Origin: Paraspadella gotoi | Lineage: Eukaryota > Animalia > Chaetognatha | NCBI GenBank assembly: GCA_051294375.1 | Contig: CM119264.1 | Location: 1,533,923-1,597,922 of the forward strand | DNA: 64,000 nt | Direction: 5' to 3' | Shown here: positions 26,410-41,166 of the stretch, piece by piece | Numbering within the stretch: position 1 is the stretch's first letter | How the letters are laid out: the number at the start of each line of letters is the position of its first letter | Notes under the pieces: generated by a model | Database searches by the model: none | Seen by the model: the letters and a program-made list of their open reading frames with translations, nothing else | What the model was told of the DNA's origin: nothing | Translations under genes and position numbers: made by a program

Positions 26410-26645
26410 AAGAGCGATTGGGCGAGAGCGATTTACTAGAAGCGATTAGGCAAGAGCGATTGGGTAAGAACAAATGGTAAAGAGCGATCGGGTAAGAGCG
26501 ATATTGTAGGAGCAATCAGGTAAGAGCAATTGGGTAAGAACGATTGGGTAAGAACAAATGGTTAAGAGCGATTGGGTAAGAGCGATATTGTAGGAGCTAT
26601 CGGGTATGAGCGATTGGGTAGGAGCGATCGGGTAAGAGCGATGAA
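26410..26645. repeat. 14-bp tandem repeat (GAGCGATTGGGTAA)n; duplicate at ~13530-13775
   Basis: Repeated AAGAGCGATTGGGT / AAGAACAAATGGT / AGGAGCAATC variants. Confidence 0.85.
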
Positions 26646-26854
26646 GTGAGGCAAACGATGGAAGCGGGTGAGATACACTCCCTCTCTCTCTCTCTNNNNN
26701 NNNNNNNNNNNNNNNNNNNNNNNNNNNNNNNNNNNNNNNNNNNNNNNNNNNNNNNNNNNNNNNNNNNNNNNNNNNNNNNNNNNNNNNNNNNNNNNNNNNN
26801 NNNNNNNNNNNNNNNNNNNNNNNNNNNNNNNNNNNNNNNNNNNNNNNNNNNNNN

Positions 26855-26890
<36 letters not shown>

Positions 26891-27024
26891 ACACTCTCAC
26901 GCGCGCTCGTGAAAAAATTTGTGAAAAAACATCTTACGTAGCGAGAAACGATTTTTAATGACCTTGCTATTTTCTCCTTTTCCAGGGGAGAAAGAAAGAA
27001 AGAAGGAAGAAAAGAAAGAAAGAG

Positions 27025-27115
<91 letters not shown>

Positions 27116-27360
27116 GTTTTTCGTTTTTTTCCGCTTTTTTCTTAATGTTTTATAACTGGCTATTTCTCAGTTTGGCCAATCAAAACATAAAAGTGTGAAT
27201 TAATTTAAATCATAGGTTCAAAATAATAATAAATGAAACCAAACCTCAAATTTCCTTTAAAATTTGTTTCGCTTTAAAATTTTCGTTCTTCGTTTTTATT
27301 CGTCACCGAATTTGTTCGCCATCTTAATTTCCTTTTCACATTCATGTTCTTTCAAATTTG

Positions 27361-27470
<110 letters not shown>

Positions 27471-27871
27471 GTGAGTGACAGAGAGAGAGACGTCCCTCCA
27501 ATAACTTTAATGGTTGGTTAATAACTCGGAAAAGTCCAAATGAGATCCTTTTAAAAAGGATGGCATAACAGCAAGACGGTTTATCAATCAAAGTTTAGAT
27601 TGAAGTTTTAATTTGAAATCTGTGAATAAAAAGAACCTCTCAAATAATTCCATCCTCTTTCATCTATTTCAAAGAAATAACCTTATTTATTTGAAAGCAA
27701 AAAGCAATGATTTCTTGTTTCTAAAAAAAGGACCTTTTTTCATTTTATGACAACAAATGACAACAAATGACAACAAATGACAACAAATGACAACAAATGA
27801 CTTTCCTCTAAAGAAACTTTATAATTCACAGAAATTTCAAAAACAAATATTTAACTTTTCCGCGAATAATA

Positions 27872-28506
27872 AAACAAGTTCGGTCCATCCAACGTGTTGC
27901 CCCGCAGTCACTTTCTTTTCACGTGTGATCACATGACTACCTGACTAGGAAATTTATGTATAACAAACGTATTTATATTGTATTTGTATTTATGACACCC
28001 ACTGCATTATAGTTTTAGGATTTCCTGAAGGCGGCGCCAGCAGTTTTTTTCCGGTCTTAACAAATGATCAACCAAGTCGAGGCTAAGTAAAAGCATTTTT
28101 AATATAAGTGGGACAGAACGACGGAAACACATACCCGACCGAACGCCGACCGACCGACGCGACCGACCGACGACCGAACCGACCCGACCGACCGACCGAC
28201 GGACCGACCGACCGACCGACCGACCGACGGAACCGCATCCGACCGACACCCGACCGACCGACGACGACCGAACCGCACAGACCGACCCACCGACCGACCG
28301 ACCGACTCGACCGACCGAGCGACCGAGCACGACGCGACCCGACCGACGCGAACGCCGGACCGACCGACCGACTCGACCGACGCGACCGATCCGACCGACG
28401 ACCGACCCGACCGAACGTCACGCCACGCCGACTCACCGACCACAACAGAACCCGACCGACCGAATAGTGACTTATATAGTTGCTCCGCGAGTACTCGCGG
28501 GGAAAA
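27872..28506 (-). mobile_element. Family A element (duplicate of 14947-15623)
   Basis: Same structure. Perfect 16-bp palindrome CCGCGAGTACTCGCGG at 28485-28500 next to a terminal A/T run. Confidence 0.75.
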
Positions 28507-28981
28507 TAAGTAACTGACTGACTGACAAAGCAACACACAATCTTTTAAAAGCACACCTGACCTTTCTTTTTACACACATATCCCGTCTCACATTTATACC
28601 CACAATCACATCCCTTCTGACCTTTACCTCTTCCATACCCGCTTCTAATTTCCCACACTCTTTTCCTACACTCCTTTCCCACTCTCCTTTCCCACACTCC
28701 TTCCCCGCACTCCTTTACCACACTACTTTCTCACACTCATTTCCCACAGTCCATCGCCACAGTTCGACTCTGCAATTTACTCGACGTCCGACATATTTCC
28801 AACGGTCCCTCGCACGCAGACGACATGCAAGGTCGTGCGTGCACACGGTTTTTGCGCACGCAAGGTCGCGGGGCCGAACGCGCGCGGAGAGAAGACCCCG
28901 TTCTTGAGATACGGCGTCCTTGTCTTTGAGGCCGCGAGAGAGAGAGAAAAAGAGAGAGAGAGAGAGAGAGAGAAAGAAAGA

Positions 28982-29033
<52 letters not shown>

Positions 29034-32000
29034 GAGAGATAAGAAAGAGGAGAGAGAGAGAGAGAGAGAAGAGAGAGAGGAGATAGAGAGGACAGAAGAG
29101 AGAGAGAGAGAGAGAGAGACGAGAGGAGATGACAGAGAAGAGAGATGAGAGAGAGAGACGAGAGAAGAGAGAGAGCACAGACGAACAGACGCTCTCATAG
29201 TCACACTCTCGTTTCCGCGTATGTGCACAGATCATTTCCGACAGTTCCTTTCTGCTGAGTAAATCTTCGTATATGTTCGCCACTTTTGTTTGGCCGTACC
29301 ATTCGCGCATCACAGAGAAGGAGAGTAGAAGGTCCTTTTCTTCTGTCGGCGTGACACCGGGGGCTAACTCTTACAGAACTTGTTTAAGGTATTTGATCGG
29401 GCCGCCTCAAAAGGGTGGAGGGGGCCAAGGGCCTGCCTACTTCGCAACGAGGTCATAAGGGGGAACAGACACACGCGACTTTGATTGAAGTGTGGACTAA
29501 AAACTGACACTTCTTATACAACCACATGATACGAGAGGATAATTAGGAGCGTTCGCAAACTAACAATTAGGGAATATATCTTCATTGATATACAATTTAA
29601 ATACCTCAACATTCAAATACAATCATTACTATCAAATCTACAAGTCACCACTATAAAACTTAAATTAAAATTAAATTAAATTAAATTAATTAAAATATTA
29701 ACCACCATAGCAATTCACTTATATCGTACTTATAACCAATTGAATATTGAACAAAAATATAGTTAATGGTAATGTAGCGAGGATGCGTGTATTCTAAACA
29801 GAAACACGTACGAAATAGAAAGTATTGTGGAGAGGAGAGCATGTTCTATTTATTTTATTCGAGGAGTGTTCACTTATTATTTTTTGAGACGCGGTCATTC
29901 TTGATTTACATTACATGTATGGCTTTATCTTTTAACCAATGTATACTTAGAATCTATTCTTCATGGTTTGCGGAGCACGCCAGTTCTTCGTCGCACTGAG
30001 TCCGTTAATCAATGGCTATTCAGCCGTTCTTAGAGATTTATGGAATGTTGAGCCGTTGCGTTGAATCTTATGAGTGATGCCTCAGTCCGAGATCCTATCC
30101 AGAGAGTTATAGACGAGTCGATGACGTGGAGGTCTTTCGCGTGTGGCGATATGAGTGCACCAGTCAGTGCGATAGAGAGTCATGCGGTTTCGGATATACG
30201 GTCTTAGCGACAGAGGGAAGAGAGGAGATTCGCGGAGCCGAGGCGGAGAGGAGAGGAGAACTGGTCGGACCAAGGAGCTTTCGACGACCCATAATTCTGA
30301 TGAGGAAATGGAAGAAAAATATATTTTAATTTCTACTATATCGATTACCAAATACCAAATGATAAAATTTCGACCCAACTGAATTGAGCGAATCGAGTCG
30401 GCGGGGTCGACGAAAAAAGGAGGGCGACGTCGACTTGGGGCCAAACGGAATTGTTTCGCGGAGTTGACCGGGTCCAGTTTTCTCCTTATTTTTTCGGGTA
30501 AAATAAATTAGTAATTTGTCTTCTCTCTACTAAATATTTTAACATTATCACTAGAATAACATCGCAAGACAGAAAATTATGGTTCAATGAACCGGGATTC
30601 TTCTGTTCTTCCCACCAACAAGTTGAGCATCTGCCTCGCAAACGCGACATCTCCGAGAGAAAAAGAGAGGAAACCTCTTCCCCGCCTTCTCTTCCTCCTC
30701 CCGTACGCTACCTCAGTACGCCGACACGAGAACAGAATCACTCGTAACCAAGCAAACCAAGAGGGGGGATCCCGCGAGACTTCCGGTGAAGCGCCCCCAC
30801 TTCGACCGGACGTCGTAGAAGGGGGATGAGAAACGCAAAAAACCAGCCATGGACGAAAGCCGCCTGGAGAAAACTGACGGCCGACAGGCAACGGCGAAAG
30901 AGTGTCGGCGATCAGTCGGCTTCCTTAGACGTCCCGGAGCCCCGCTACTCCTTGGGAGGCGGCGAAGACTTGCGAGGCGTAGGGACGGCGAGCGGGACTA
31001 CGGACTGCCGCACTCTTCGGCTAGCAGAAAGGTGCAATTGTGAGGCGCCCCGAGCGGAGAAGCAAAGAATGGAACGCTTAGTGACGTCGTGGAGCGTCTC
31101 CGAAAAAGAACGACGTGGAGGGCGAGAATGGACCAACTGTCTTGAGATCGAAGGGCAGCGCGACAACTAAGCCCGAGACCGGAGAGGGCGAACAAAATCG
31201 CCGCCAACCGACGAGGCGTTTCCAAGCTTGGCCGTTAAATCGTAAGGTGGCGCGTCCACTGCACGGGCCCCGCGAGCGAGGCCTCAACATGAGCGGAGAG
31301 CGTCAGCACAGAAGACACTAGACGCGACGCATCTCTTCGGGCCGTCTCCTCTTCGATTCTCTTTCTCTCTTCTCTCTGGTCTCGACAAGTCCTCTTATAT
31401 CAGTCTGCCGCTTCGTCTCGTGGCTAGCTCGCTTCGAACGTCGTCTTCGTCGCAACCTAAAAACTGCTTGATCGTTTTCATTAATGCAGCTTCCTCTTGA
31501 GCAATTGTTACTTTTTGTTGGAAGATTTTTGCTTCTTCTCTTTGCTTCTTCTCTTTATCTTTCTTCGTGCTGGATCTGTATCCCCGTTCAAGGACATTTT
31601 TGGATGACTCATTACATCCCCCCGCCGAATTATTACCTATTCGCTTTACCCTACTCTATTCCCTGCAGTCCAATTTGCGGAAAGCATCTTCTCACTCTCA
31701 CTCTCTGGCTCTTTTTCTCAATAAACGTAAACTGCTCCGTCCTGGTCCAACTTCTCTGCTCGCAAATCCCCTTCCTCACCTGCTTTTCAGGACCCACTTT
31801 CCGTACGCTGTTACAGAAGCACGACTGAGACATGACAATTGTCAAACCCCGCAGGCAGATCCTCTTCAGAGGAGTAACCCTCCTGCGATCCGTGTGATAC
31901 TCACGGTCTCNNNNNNNNNNNNNNNNNNNNNNNNNGAGAGAGAGAGAGAGAGAGAGACAAGACGCTCTTCATTCACACTCGATTCACATTTTCACGTCTT

Positions 32001-32801
32001 CGTTTATGAAAGTCTCGAAGTCGAATTCGGCCTCAACTCAAAAAAAGAGAAGGCCCCTTTTTCGTGAGGGGGGCCTTATAAAGAGAGGGCCGCCCTCAAA
32101 AGGTGGAGGGGGGCCAGGTGCCTTACTAAGATAAGGGGGGCCCAGAAAGGAAGGTCACTAAAAACTTGGCTTCTTACAACGGGAAATAGGAGCGCCACTA
32201 AATAAATATTAAAAATTAAAAATTAAATTAAATTGAATTAAATTAAATTAAATTAAATTAAATTAAATTAAATTAAATTAAATTAAATTAAATTAAATTA
32301 AATTAAATATTAAATATTAAAAACCATTAATTATATCGTACTTATAATTATTGAAATATTGAACAAAATAAGTAATATGTACAATTTGTTATTTAAAAAA
32401 AGTACTAAAAGAAATATGAAAACATCTATTATTACAATTCATAGTATTCGCTCTTTGATATGATTACATAGTTGCTTACTAATCATATATTAAACATCTG
32501 CGCACAGTTGCTTACTGGCGTTAATCAATGGCTATTCAGAGATTTAGGGATGAGTTGAGCTTGGTTGAAAGCCAAGCATCTATCCAGAGATGTTATAGAG
32601 AGTGATGAGGGGGAATATAAGAGGGATAGAGAGTCATGGTTTAAATTGGGAGAGGGAGAGGGAGAGGGAGAGAGGGAAAGGGAGAGGTAGAGGGAGAGGG
32701 AGAGAGGGAGAGAGGGAGAGAGAGTGAAGGTGGAAATCGAAGGCCGACGTTTATAAAAAGAGGAGGAATTCATTAGCATTTCCAAAGAAAGACGAAACGG
32801 G

Positions 32802-32893
<92 letters not shown>

Positions 32894-33250
32894 ACGAAGA
32901 AAAGATTCTTTTTTTATATCGAATAAATTGGGCGCTCCTCAGTATTGGCTCTATTTGCGAGCCATCGCCCGGCCCGTTAAAAACCTCTCTCACTCTCTAT
33001 CTCTTTGACTCTGTCTCTATCTCTCCCTCCCCGGATCTAATAGAGGTCAATGATCGGGTCTTCGTCTGCATCGAATCATCATAAAAAAGCAGAAAAAATG
33101 ACAAAGAGACTAAAGATGAAGGAGCGGGTGAAAAGGTGATAGCGGGGCGTCTCTCTCTCAATCTCTTTCTATCTCCCTCCCTCTCTCTCTCCCTCTCTCT
33201 CCTTCCCTCTCCCTATCTCCCTCACTCCCACTCTTCCCTTCATTCATTCA

Positions 33251-33358
<108 letters not shown>

Positions 33359-33550
33359 CCCCACTCCCTCTCTATATTTGCCAACTGTCTTCCTCCATAG
33401 ATGGCGACTTTCGTCCAAGATTGACGTCTCGTCATTTTCTCAATCTAAACGTCTCTGTCTCTGTCATTGCTTTTCAACTTCCTTTTCTCTTTATTTCCCA
33501 TTTTTCTTCTCTCAATCTCTGTTTATATTTCTTTCGTCCTTGTCGCTTTG

Positions 33551-33607
<57 letters not shown>

Positions 33608-33705
33608 TCTCTCTTTCTCTCTCTTTTTTTTCTTCTTTTTTTCTCTCTTCAAATCAGACGAGTTTATTTTGACGAAGTTCTCCCAGCTCGTGACTTCGAT
33701 AAATT

Positions 33706-33766
<61 letters not shown>

Positions 33767-33992
33767 TCTCTCTTCTCTCTCCTCTCTCTCTCATCACGTG
33801 ATCTAAACATTCGAATTAAGATCTATGTCCCTCCCGGACTCTTTTCTTTAGCTTCGCTATTTTTAGGCTTTTTTATTACCCTTTTTTTGTCCTCTTACTC
33901 TTTAGTCTTAACGGATATTTTTATCCATAAATATTCCATTCTATGGTATTTCTTGCAGACAATTTGTTAGATAAAGCCAAACTTTTAAATTA

Positions 33993-34035
<43 letters not shown>

Positions 34036-34344
34036 AAATCGATCGTCGCTGTACAGGAAACAAAACAAAAAACCTCCGTCGAGTATTTACGCTTCATTTC
34101 CATTTCGTCGCCGCCATTTTGTTTAGAAAACGAAATACGGCTTCTGATTGGGCAAAATTTTCGTCCAGATCTCTGATTGGACGTCTTTCCGATTTTTCCT
34201 CATCCCTACTTTGTCAAACCAAGCGACGTGATTGGCCTTCGAATCTCGCTTCTCATTGGTCAATTTCGTTTAAACAACAAACTTCGTTGAGAATTTCGTG
34301 TATTCGACGAGGAGATGATTTGTCGAGGGCTAAGAGAAACCGCA

Positions 34345-34690
34345 CGCTGATTGGTCGAGTTCATGAGAAGTAAAAGAAATAGGCGCGCTCTGATTGGTCG
34401 AGGAATGGGGTCGGTTAAAGAAATTCGTGGTCTGATTGGCCGAGGCATAAGGGTGAGAGAGAAAGTCGTGGACTGATTGGCCGAGGCATGGGGTTGAGAG
34501 AAAAAGTCTAGCTCTGATTGGTCGAGGCTTGGGGTTGAGAGAGAAATTTGCTGTCTGATTTGCCGAGGCATGGGGTTGAAAGAGTAAGTCGCGCTCTGAT
34601 TGGTCAAGGCATGGGATCGGGAAGAGAAAGTAGAGCTCCGATTGGTCAAGGCGTGGAGTTGGGAGGAGAAAGTCGCGCTCTGATTGGTCG
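34345..34690. repeat. ~41-42-bp minisatellite, ~9 units, each with CTGATTGG (inverted CCAAT box)
   Basis: Consensus approx. GCTCTGATTGGTCGAGGCATGGGGTTGAGAGAGAAAGTCGC. Noisier duplicate at ~19112-19480. Confidence 0.85.
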
Positions 34691-34834
34691 TTTTCCTCGG
34701 AGACAGATTGAGAAATAGGAATAAAAGGATGTGGATTTATTCTCTCTGTGGAGTAAACAAACGAAGATGCATCAGAAGTACGCGTGACGACGACGACGAG
34801 AACGACGACGACGAAAACGTCCAATGTTTTTTGT

Positions 34835-34945
<111 letters not shown>

Positions 34946-35004
34946 AAAAATAGTAAATAAAGGCGCGAATGTCTATGAGAACTATCGCGGATTAACAAAT
35001 CGAA

Positions 35005-35097
<93 letters not shown>

Positions 35098-35213
35098 TAG
35101 CTTATATGTAAGGACTAATTTTCTACCGATTTTTTTATTTATGCAAAAAATGTGCCGTTTCCTAGCTGAACTCGTTGCAGTAAGAGAGAGAGAAGAGAAT
35201 ACAAGAGAGAGAA

Positions 35214-35259
<46 letters not shown>

Positions 35260-35975
35260 CACCCACCCTCCAAAATGAACTTACCCTTATTACAGACTCC
35301 CCTGACCATCGAGCGAATGTCCCTTCGATCTCCACGACGACAAACTTCGGCGCGAAGAAGACATTCGTTCTTGTAGGTTTTTCCGTCAGAGGCGCAGACT
35401 GGATCGTAATTTTCGGCGCAGTCCTGTTGAGCAAATAATCAATTCAATCAATCAATTAATCAATCAATTCAATAAAACAAACAATCCAACAATCAATCAA
35501 TAAATTAAATTAATCAATCAATCTATCAATCAATCAATCAAATCGATCAATCAATCAATCAATCAATTAAATTAATCAATCAATCAATTAAATTAATCAA
35601 GTCAATAATAAAAATAATAACTCAATAATTCAATTCATCCATCTGATAATAGATTAAAAATTCATTATTCAATCAATCAGTCTATCTATGAATAGAACAA
35701 TATTTCAATCAATCATTCAATCTATCACTGACTAGATTATCACGAAAACAAACGTTGATAAATAGACTCTAGTTTTAATGAACGAATTATATATAGAATC
35801 AAACTAACGAACGTCATGTTTTATTTTTTCTCCCAACTAAAAGTTACGCGATTCTTCCATAACCCGATAATATTTCGCATTACATTAGTTGGCAGTCGAT
35901 ACAGCCATCATATTTAAAGGAAACCAATTAATCAACAAAAACTATCATTTGATTGACATTATTGCCATCTGCTTT

Positions 35976-36076
<101 letters not shown>

Positions 36077-38233
36077 TGTCGACATCTGCAAACTGGTTCT
36101 CTGTTCTCGTCGAGTTGACAAACTTTGTTGTCCCGACAAGCGACGTCGAGGCAAGGATCTGGAAGAGAAGAGAAGACTGAATGAAAGAATGAATGACTTT
36201 ATGAATGAATGCATGAATGAATGAATGAATGAATGAATGAATGAATAAATGAATGAATGAATGAATGAATGACTGTATAACTTTATAAATTTTATACTGG
36301 AATGAATGAATGAATGATTAATGAATCATTAAATAAATTAATTAATGACTTAAAGAATGAATGATTGATTGAATGAACGAAAAACTAAAAATATGATGAA
36401 TCAATAATTTAATAATTAATTAATAAAATAACTAAATAATGCGATAATTCAATGAGTGATCGTTTTCGCATAAAATTACCAAAAATACTAATTCTTTAAT
36501 AGTTTATGCTAAGTAGATTATGATGTGCCTTCAAATCGATGATTTCCTAACTCAGCGAGAAGAAAATTTCTTCTTTGTTCAATCAATTATCATTTTGTCG
36601 ATTGGATCTAACTGTTTACTACCTTCAATACGGATTATCAAGATAATTGGCTTTTGTAGGGAAGAAAATAAAAGAACAAGTTAGAAAATAAAAAATATTG
36701 TATAAAATATAAAAAAAAATCAGCGAAGCCAAAAAAAAAAAGTTGATAATGAAATAAAAAAATCAATAAAGCAAAAATAGCAAAAATGATTCTCGATCTG
36801 ATTTTTCCTGACGAATGACTCGGGAATTACGTGAACGGTTGTAGAATTGGCGCTATTTTCCGACAGCGCCCCGTTTCTTAAACTTACTTTTAATCATTAT
36901 ATCTAAATTAAGTTTGTTTTTTTAAATACTTTCGCAAATCTTTAAATCACCGAACAAATTTTAGAAAAAGAAGTCGACGTGAATTCTTTCTAGAAACGTT
37001 TTAAGTTTTTCGTCTCCAACGCCGAGAGTCACGAGACTTGGATTCCACTGGATCCTCGGTCACGTGATTTAAATTCCATCGTCGCATTCGTTTTTGCCTC
37101 AGACCATCGAAGACGCGGATGACGACGACGATAACGACGACGATAACGACGACGATGACGAAGATGAAGATGATGATAACGACGACGAAGATGAAGACGA
37201 CGACGACGATGATGAAGATGACGATAACGACGACAACGACGACGACAACGACGACGAAGTTGAAGATGACGATAACGACGACGACGATGATTGCCGAATC
37301 TTTTACTTCAACTCTCGGGGATTCTGGAGATTTCGACCGAAGGCTCGAAGGCGATGTAATTCTTAAACGTGGAGAGACCAGGAAAGCTTCAGCTCAGAAG
37401 ATAATATCTAGAATATCCGAAAAGTAAATATATCAGGTTCTACGCCAATGCTTTTCAGAGCGGCGCTACGTTTCCTGTTTCATGATCCAAGCGCTCGTGG
37501 GATTAAAGTCATTCAAGAGATCCAGCTTTTGACATCATCTCCAAGTGCGAGCAGTCCTGAAGCAACTCCGACGGCGAACCGAGGGTCCGACATTGGCATC
37601 CAAAAATAGAATAAACTGTAATAATAATTCGGCGCCTAATTTCTTTGTGTTTATCAATTGCTTATACTGTTTTTTTAACTGTCGATTGTCGACGTTAAAC
37701 CTGGTATATTTTAAATCATGAAGCTTGTCGTATATTTTATATTTTAGACAATACTATTTATTGACCAGGGGGGTGAAGAAAATAGTACGCCACGCCTGCC
37801 TATAATTTTCCGTCTCTCTCTTTCTCTCTTACATTTCGCTTGAACTATCTGTGTCGCGTTCAGCCAATTTTCACCGATCTTTTTTAAATGATTTTTATAT
37901 TCAAAATTTGGAGAGAGATGAGACGAATATTTAGTCCTAATTCTATACTCATGAAGAAACGTCGTTCCTGATTCGAAATCCCGTTTTACGGTTTTCCGAT
38001 GGATATTTTTTGATCAAGAAGCACATGTTAAACAGTTCGAGCGGGAGACGTTTGGAAGATAGTCTCCATTAGCGTGAAAGTAAACAATCTCACAGTGATT
38101 ATGACGACGACGACGAAGATGAAGATGAAGACGACGACGACGACGACGACGACGACGGACGACTAGCAGGGCGAATCGAGGTAAGATTCTCCAGAGATCA
38201 ACGTCGCATTACGGCTCTGCTTCATTCATGCAT

Positions 38234-38306
<73 letters not shown>

Positions 38307-41047
38307 ACTCTCTCTCTCTATCCATTCAATTAATTTTTTTTTCTCCCCCGATTCAATGCAACTTCTATCCTGTTGATGACAGCTAATTTCCTCTGTTTAT
38401 GTTCCAGTTTTTTTTCGTCGGACGAGAAATAAACTAAAAAATTCGGCGCAAAGAGAGAATCGCACCTTTTGAACAGAGAATGAACTTCTGAGGTTTGGAG
38501 AAGAAAAAAGGAGCAAGAGAGAAAAATGACAAAATAATAGGAAAAGAGAAGTAGAAAAATATAGAGAAAGAATTAGAGAGGAAAAGTAATGGAAAAAAGA
38601 AAAGGCAAAGAGAAACAAAAAAGAAGAAAGTTTTTTTACAAAAGATGAAAAATGGAGATGAAATTGAAAAAAAAAGAAAGAAAGGTAATTCGTTAAAATA
38701 AATTTCGGCCAAAATTTTGTGAATGGTGATTACGTGATTCTTTAGTTCTGATTAAAAGTCTATTTTTAGATACTTTAATATTTTTGACGATTTCTTAAAT
38801 ATCATTTGCATATTGCAGTTCGCAGTATCTAATTTTGTTACTTTCAATAATTTTGGATCGGGCCTGTTATGAATAAGGACTAAAATAAATTATTTTTTTA
38901 TGTTTCAAGATTAGGTTTAAGATTAGAATATGGATAAGGTATCATCATTACGACATACGGTTTATAGATTAGCGTAATGGGATTCGAGTTTGAAATGGGG
39001 TCATAGTTAAGGATTTCCGTCATTGATTGTGCAATGGATTTATTAGGAAATATAGATTAGAAATTAGGGTCGAGACCCAGTTTAGGAATCCAGAAAAAGA
39101 AATGAGAAGTTTTTGGAAAATAGTGACAAAATCCAAGCCTCCTTCTCTTTGACAAAACAATACATATTGTAACTGACGATGACAACCAATTTACTTCCGA
39201 CCAGAAATTCAATCGAGAAAAAAAATTCTCTTTCGATTTTTCCGTCGCTAATCATAAAATAAGAAAAGAGGAAGAGATGATGACGATGATGATGATGATG
39301 ATGATTAAATCGTTGAATAATTCCGTCGTAAAATCTCAAGACTGCGGATTCTCTCGACGAATCAACTCGCAAGAAAATCTCAGCTTGGTTTTTGACCCCG
39401 GACTTAATCAATTAAAGACTGATTGACGGGCGGGATGGTTTTCCTCGACCACGAGGCGGTTTACGGTCGTCTTCACGCTTCTCACAGGGTAGGAACCATT
39501 CAGGATCGATCCCGGTACTTAAGGGTCACTAGATGATGGTATTACTCAATGAGCTACCAGTTCACGACTATCGGCGTAATGCATATAGGTTGCATAGCAC
39601 GACTACAAATCTTTATTTAGTTTCGGCCCTATTTAATTTGAGTATAAATAGATTGACCCCGGCTGAATCAACCACAGTCTTGGCTGAATCAACCACAGTC
39701 TTGGCCTTAAGTCTTCTAGAACCGACTCTGCCATAGAATCATATTTGACCTAAGCTGAATCCTCTGTGAAGGGCTTTGCGGGATCAACTGTGCTTTCTCG
39801 ACTGTCCATAATTTTTTTTATGAAATCGGTACAACTAATATACAAATTATTCATTCATTTAATAAACATTAAACAAGCTATCTTGACCCTGACTTTGGAC
39901 AGGCTTTGGTGGTTCAATTCACCATATAATTTGCTAATTACATGTAAACAAATTCCGGTTATAACTATGACCGTAATCTTCACTGATTTTCTCTCGATGG
40001 TTGGTCTTCGTAGTGGTCACGTTTATCGTGATGTGGCGAGAATTAGATTCGGCGTTGAGTTCGAACGTGAGAAAAATTCCGAGATTTCCTTCTTTCCCTC
40101 ATTCGTCATTTTTCTTTCCGCTTGCTACTTTTCCTTTCTTGTTCCTCTTTTTTCTTTTCTTTTCCTCCTTTTTCTTTTCTTTTCCTCCTTTTTTCTTTCC
40201 TCTTCCTCCTTTTTCTTTCTTGTTCTCTCCTTTTTAATTCTCTCTTTCTCACTTTCTTCTTTTTCTTTTCTCTTCCTCTTTTTTCTTTCCTCTTCCTCCT
40301 TTTTCTTAATTCTCCCCTTCTTCCTTATTCTCTCTTTCTCCCTTTCTTCTTTTCTTTTCTCTTCCTCCTTTTTTTTCTCTTCTTCATTTTTTTCCTCCTT
40401 TTCATTTTTCTAACCTCTTCCTCCTTTTCTTTCCTCTTCCTCCTTTTCCTTTCTTCTCCCCTTCCTCCTTTCTCTTTCTCCATTTCTCCTTTTCCTCTTT
40501 TTTTCTCTTTTTTCCTTTCCATATTTCTCTCAAATTCCCCTTTTTTCTTTCCTTCCTCCCTTTCTTTTCTTTCCTTCTTTTTTCTTCTTTCATTAATTTC
40601 TCTCTCCTCTCCTTTTCCTTTTCCTTTTCCTTCTTCTTTCCTCCCTTCCTCCTTTTTTCGACTTTATTAATCTCTTTATCTCCATCTTAGTCATTCACCC
40701 CTATTTTGGCTTTGTCTCTTCTTTTTATCAATTTTTCTCATTATCATAATGACTGTCCGTCTGTCCATCTGTCTCTCTGTTAGACCGTCTGTTAGGGCGT
40801 TCCTTACCGCTCATCTGAAAGATGTGTTACGTACATGCTAAATATGGACAATAGATGATTGTAAAAAAATATGAATTTTCATAAAAATATACGTGGATTT
40901 CCTACACAGTACACTCAATTATTTTGAGTCAAAATTAGTAAAAATGTACATAATGAAATGAAAGTCTCTTTTTCGACTTCAGATCTAATTTTGGGAAACA
41001 AAACTTGTCAACAATTTTTCGAGGCTCCCCAAACGGGACACCTGGAA

Positions 41048-41166
<119 letters not shown>

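Noticed and set aside
30577-31321. GC-rich ORF cluster suggesting a horizontally acquired gene
   Set aside because: Lies within the degraded third copy ending at a 25-N gap; no motif recognised; probably low-quality read sequence.
34345-34690. CRISPR-like appearance of the 41-bp array (also the 32-bp array at 56310)
   Set aside because: The 'spacers' are homologous to one another, there are no cas genes and the context is eukaryotic; these are minisatellites.
37094-37427. Poly-Asp/poly-Thr acidic protein exon
   Set aside because: (GAC/GAT)n microsatellite; the frame is not preserved in the duplicate at ~21905-22090 and there is no flanking coding signal.
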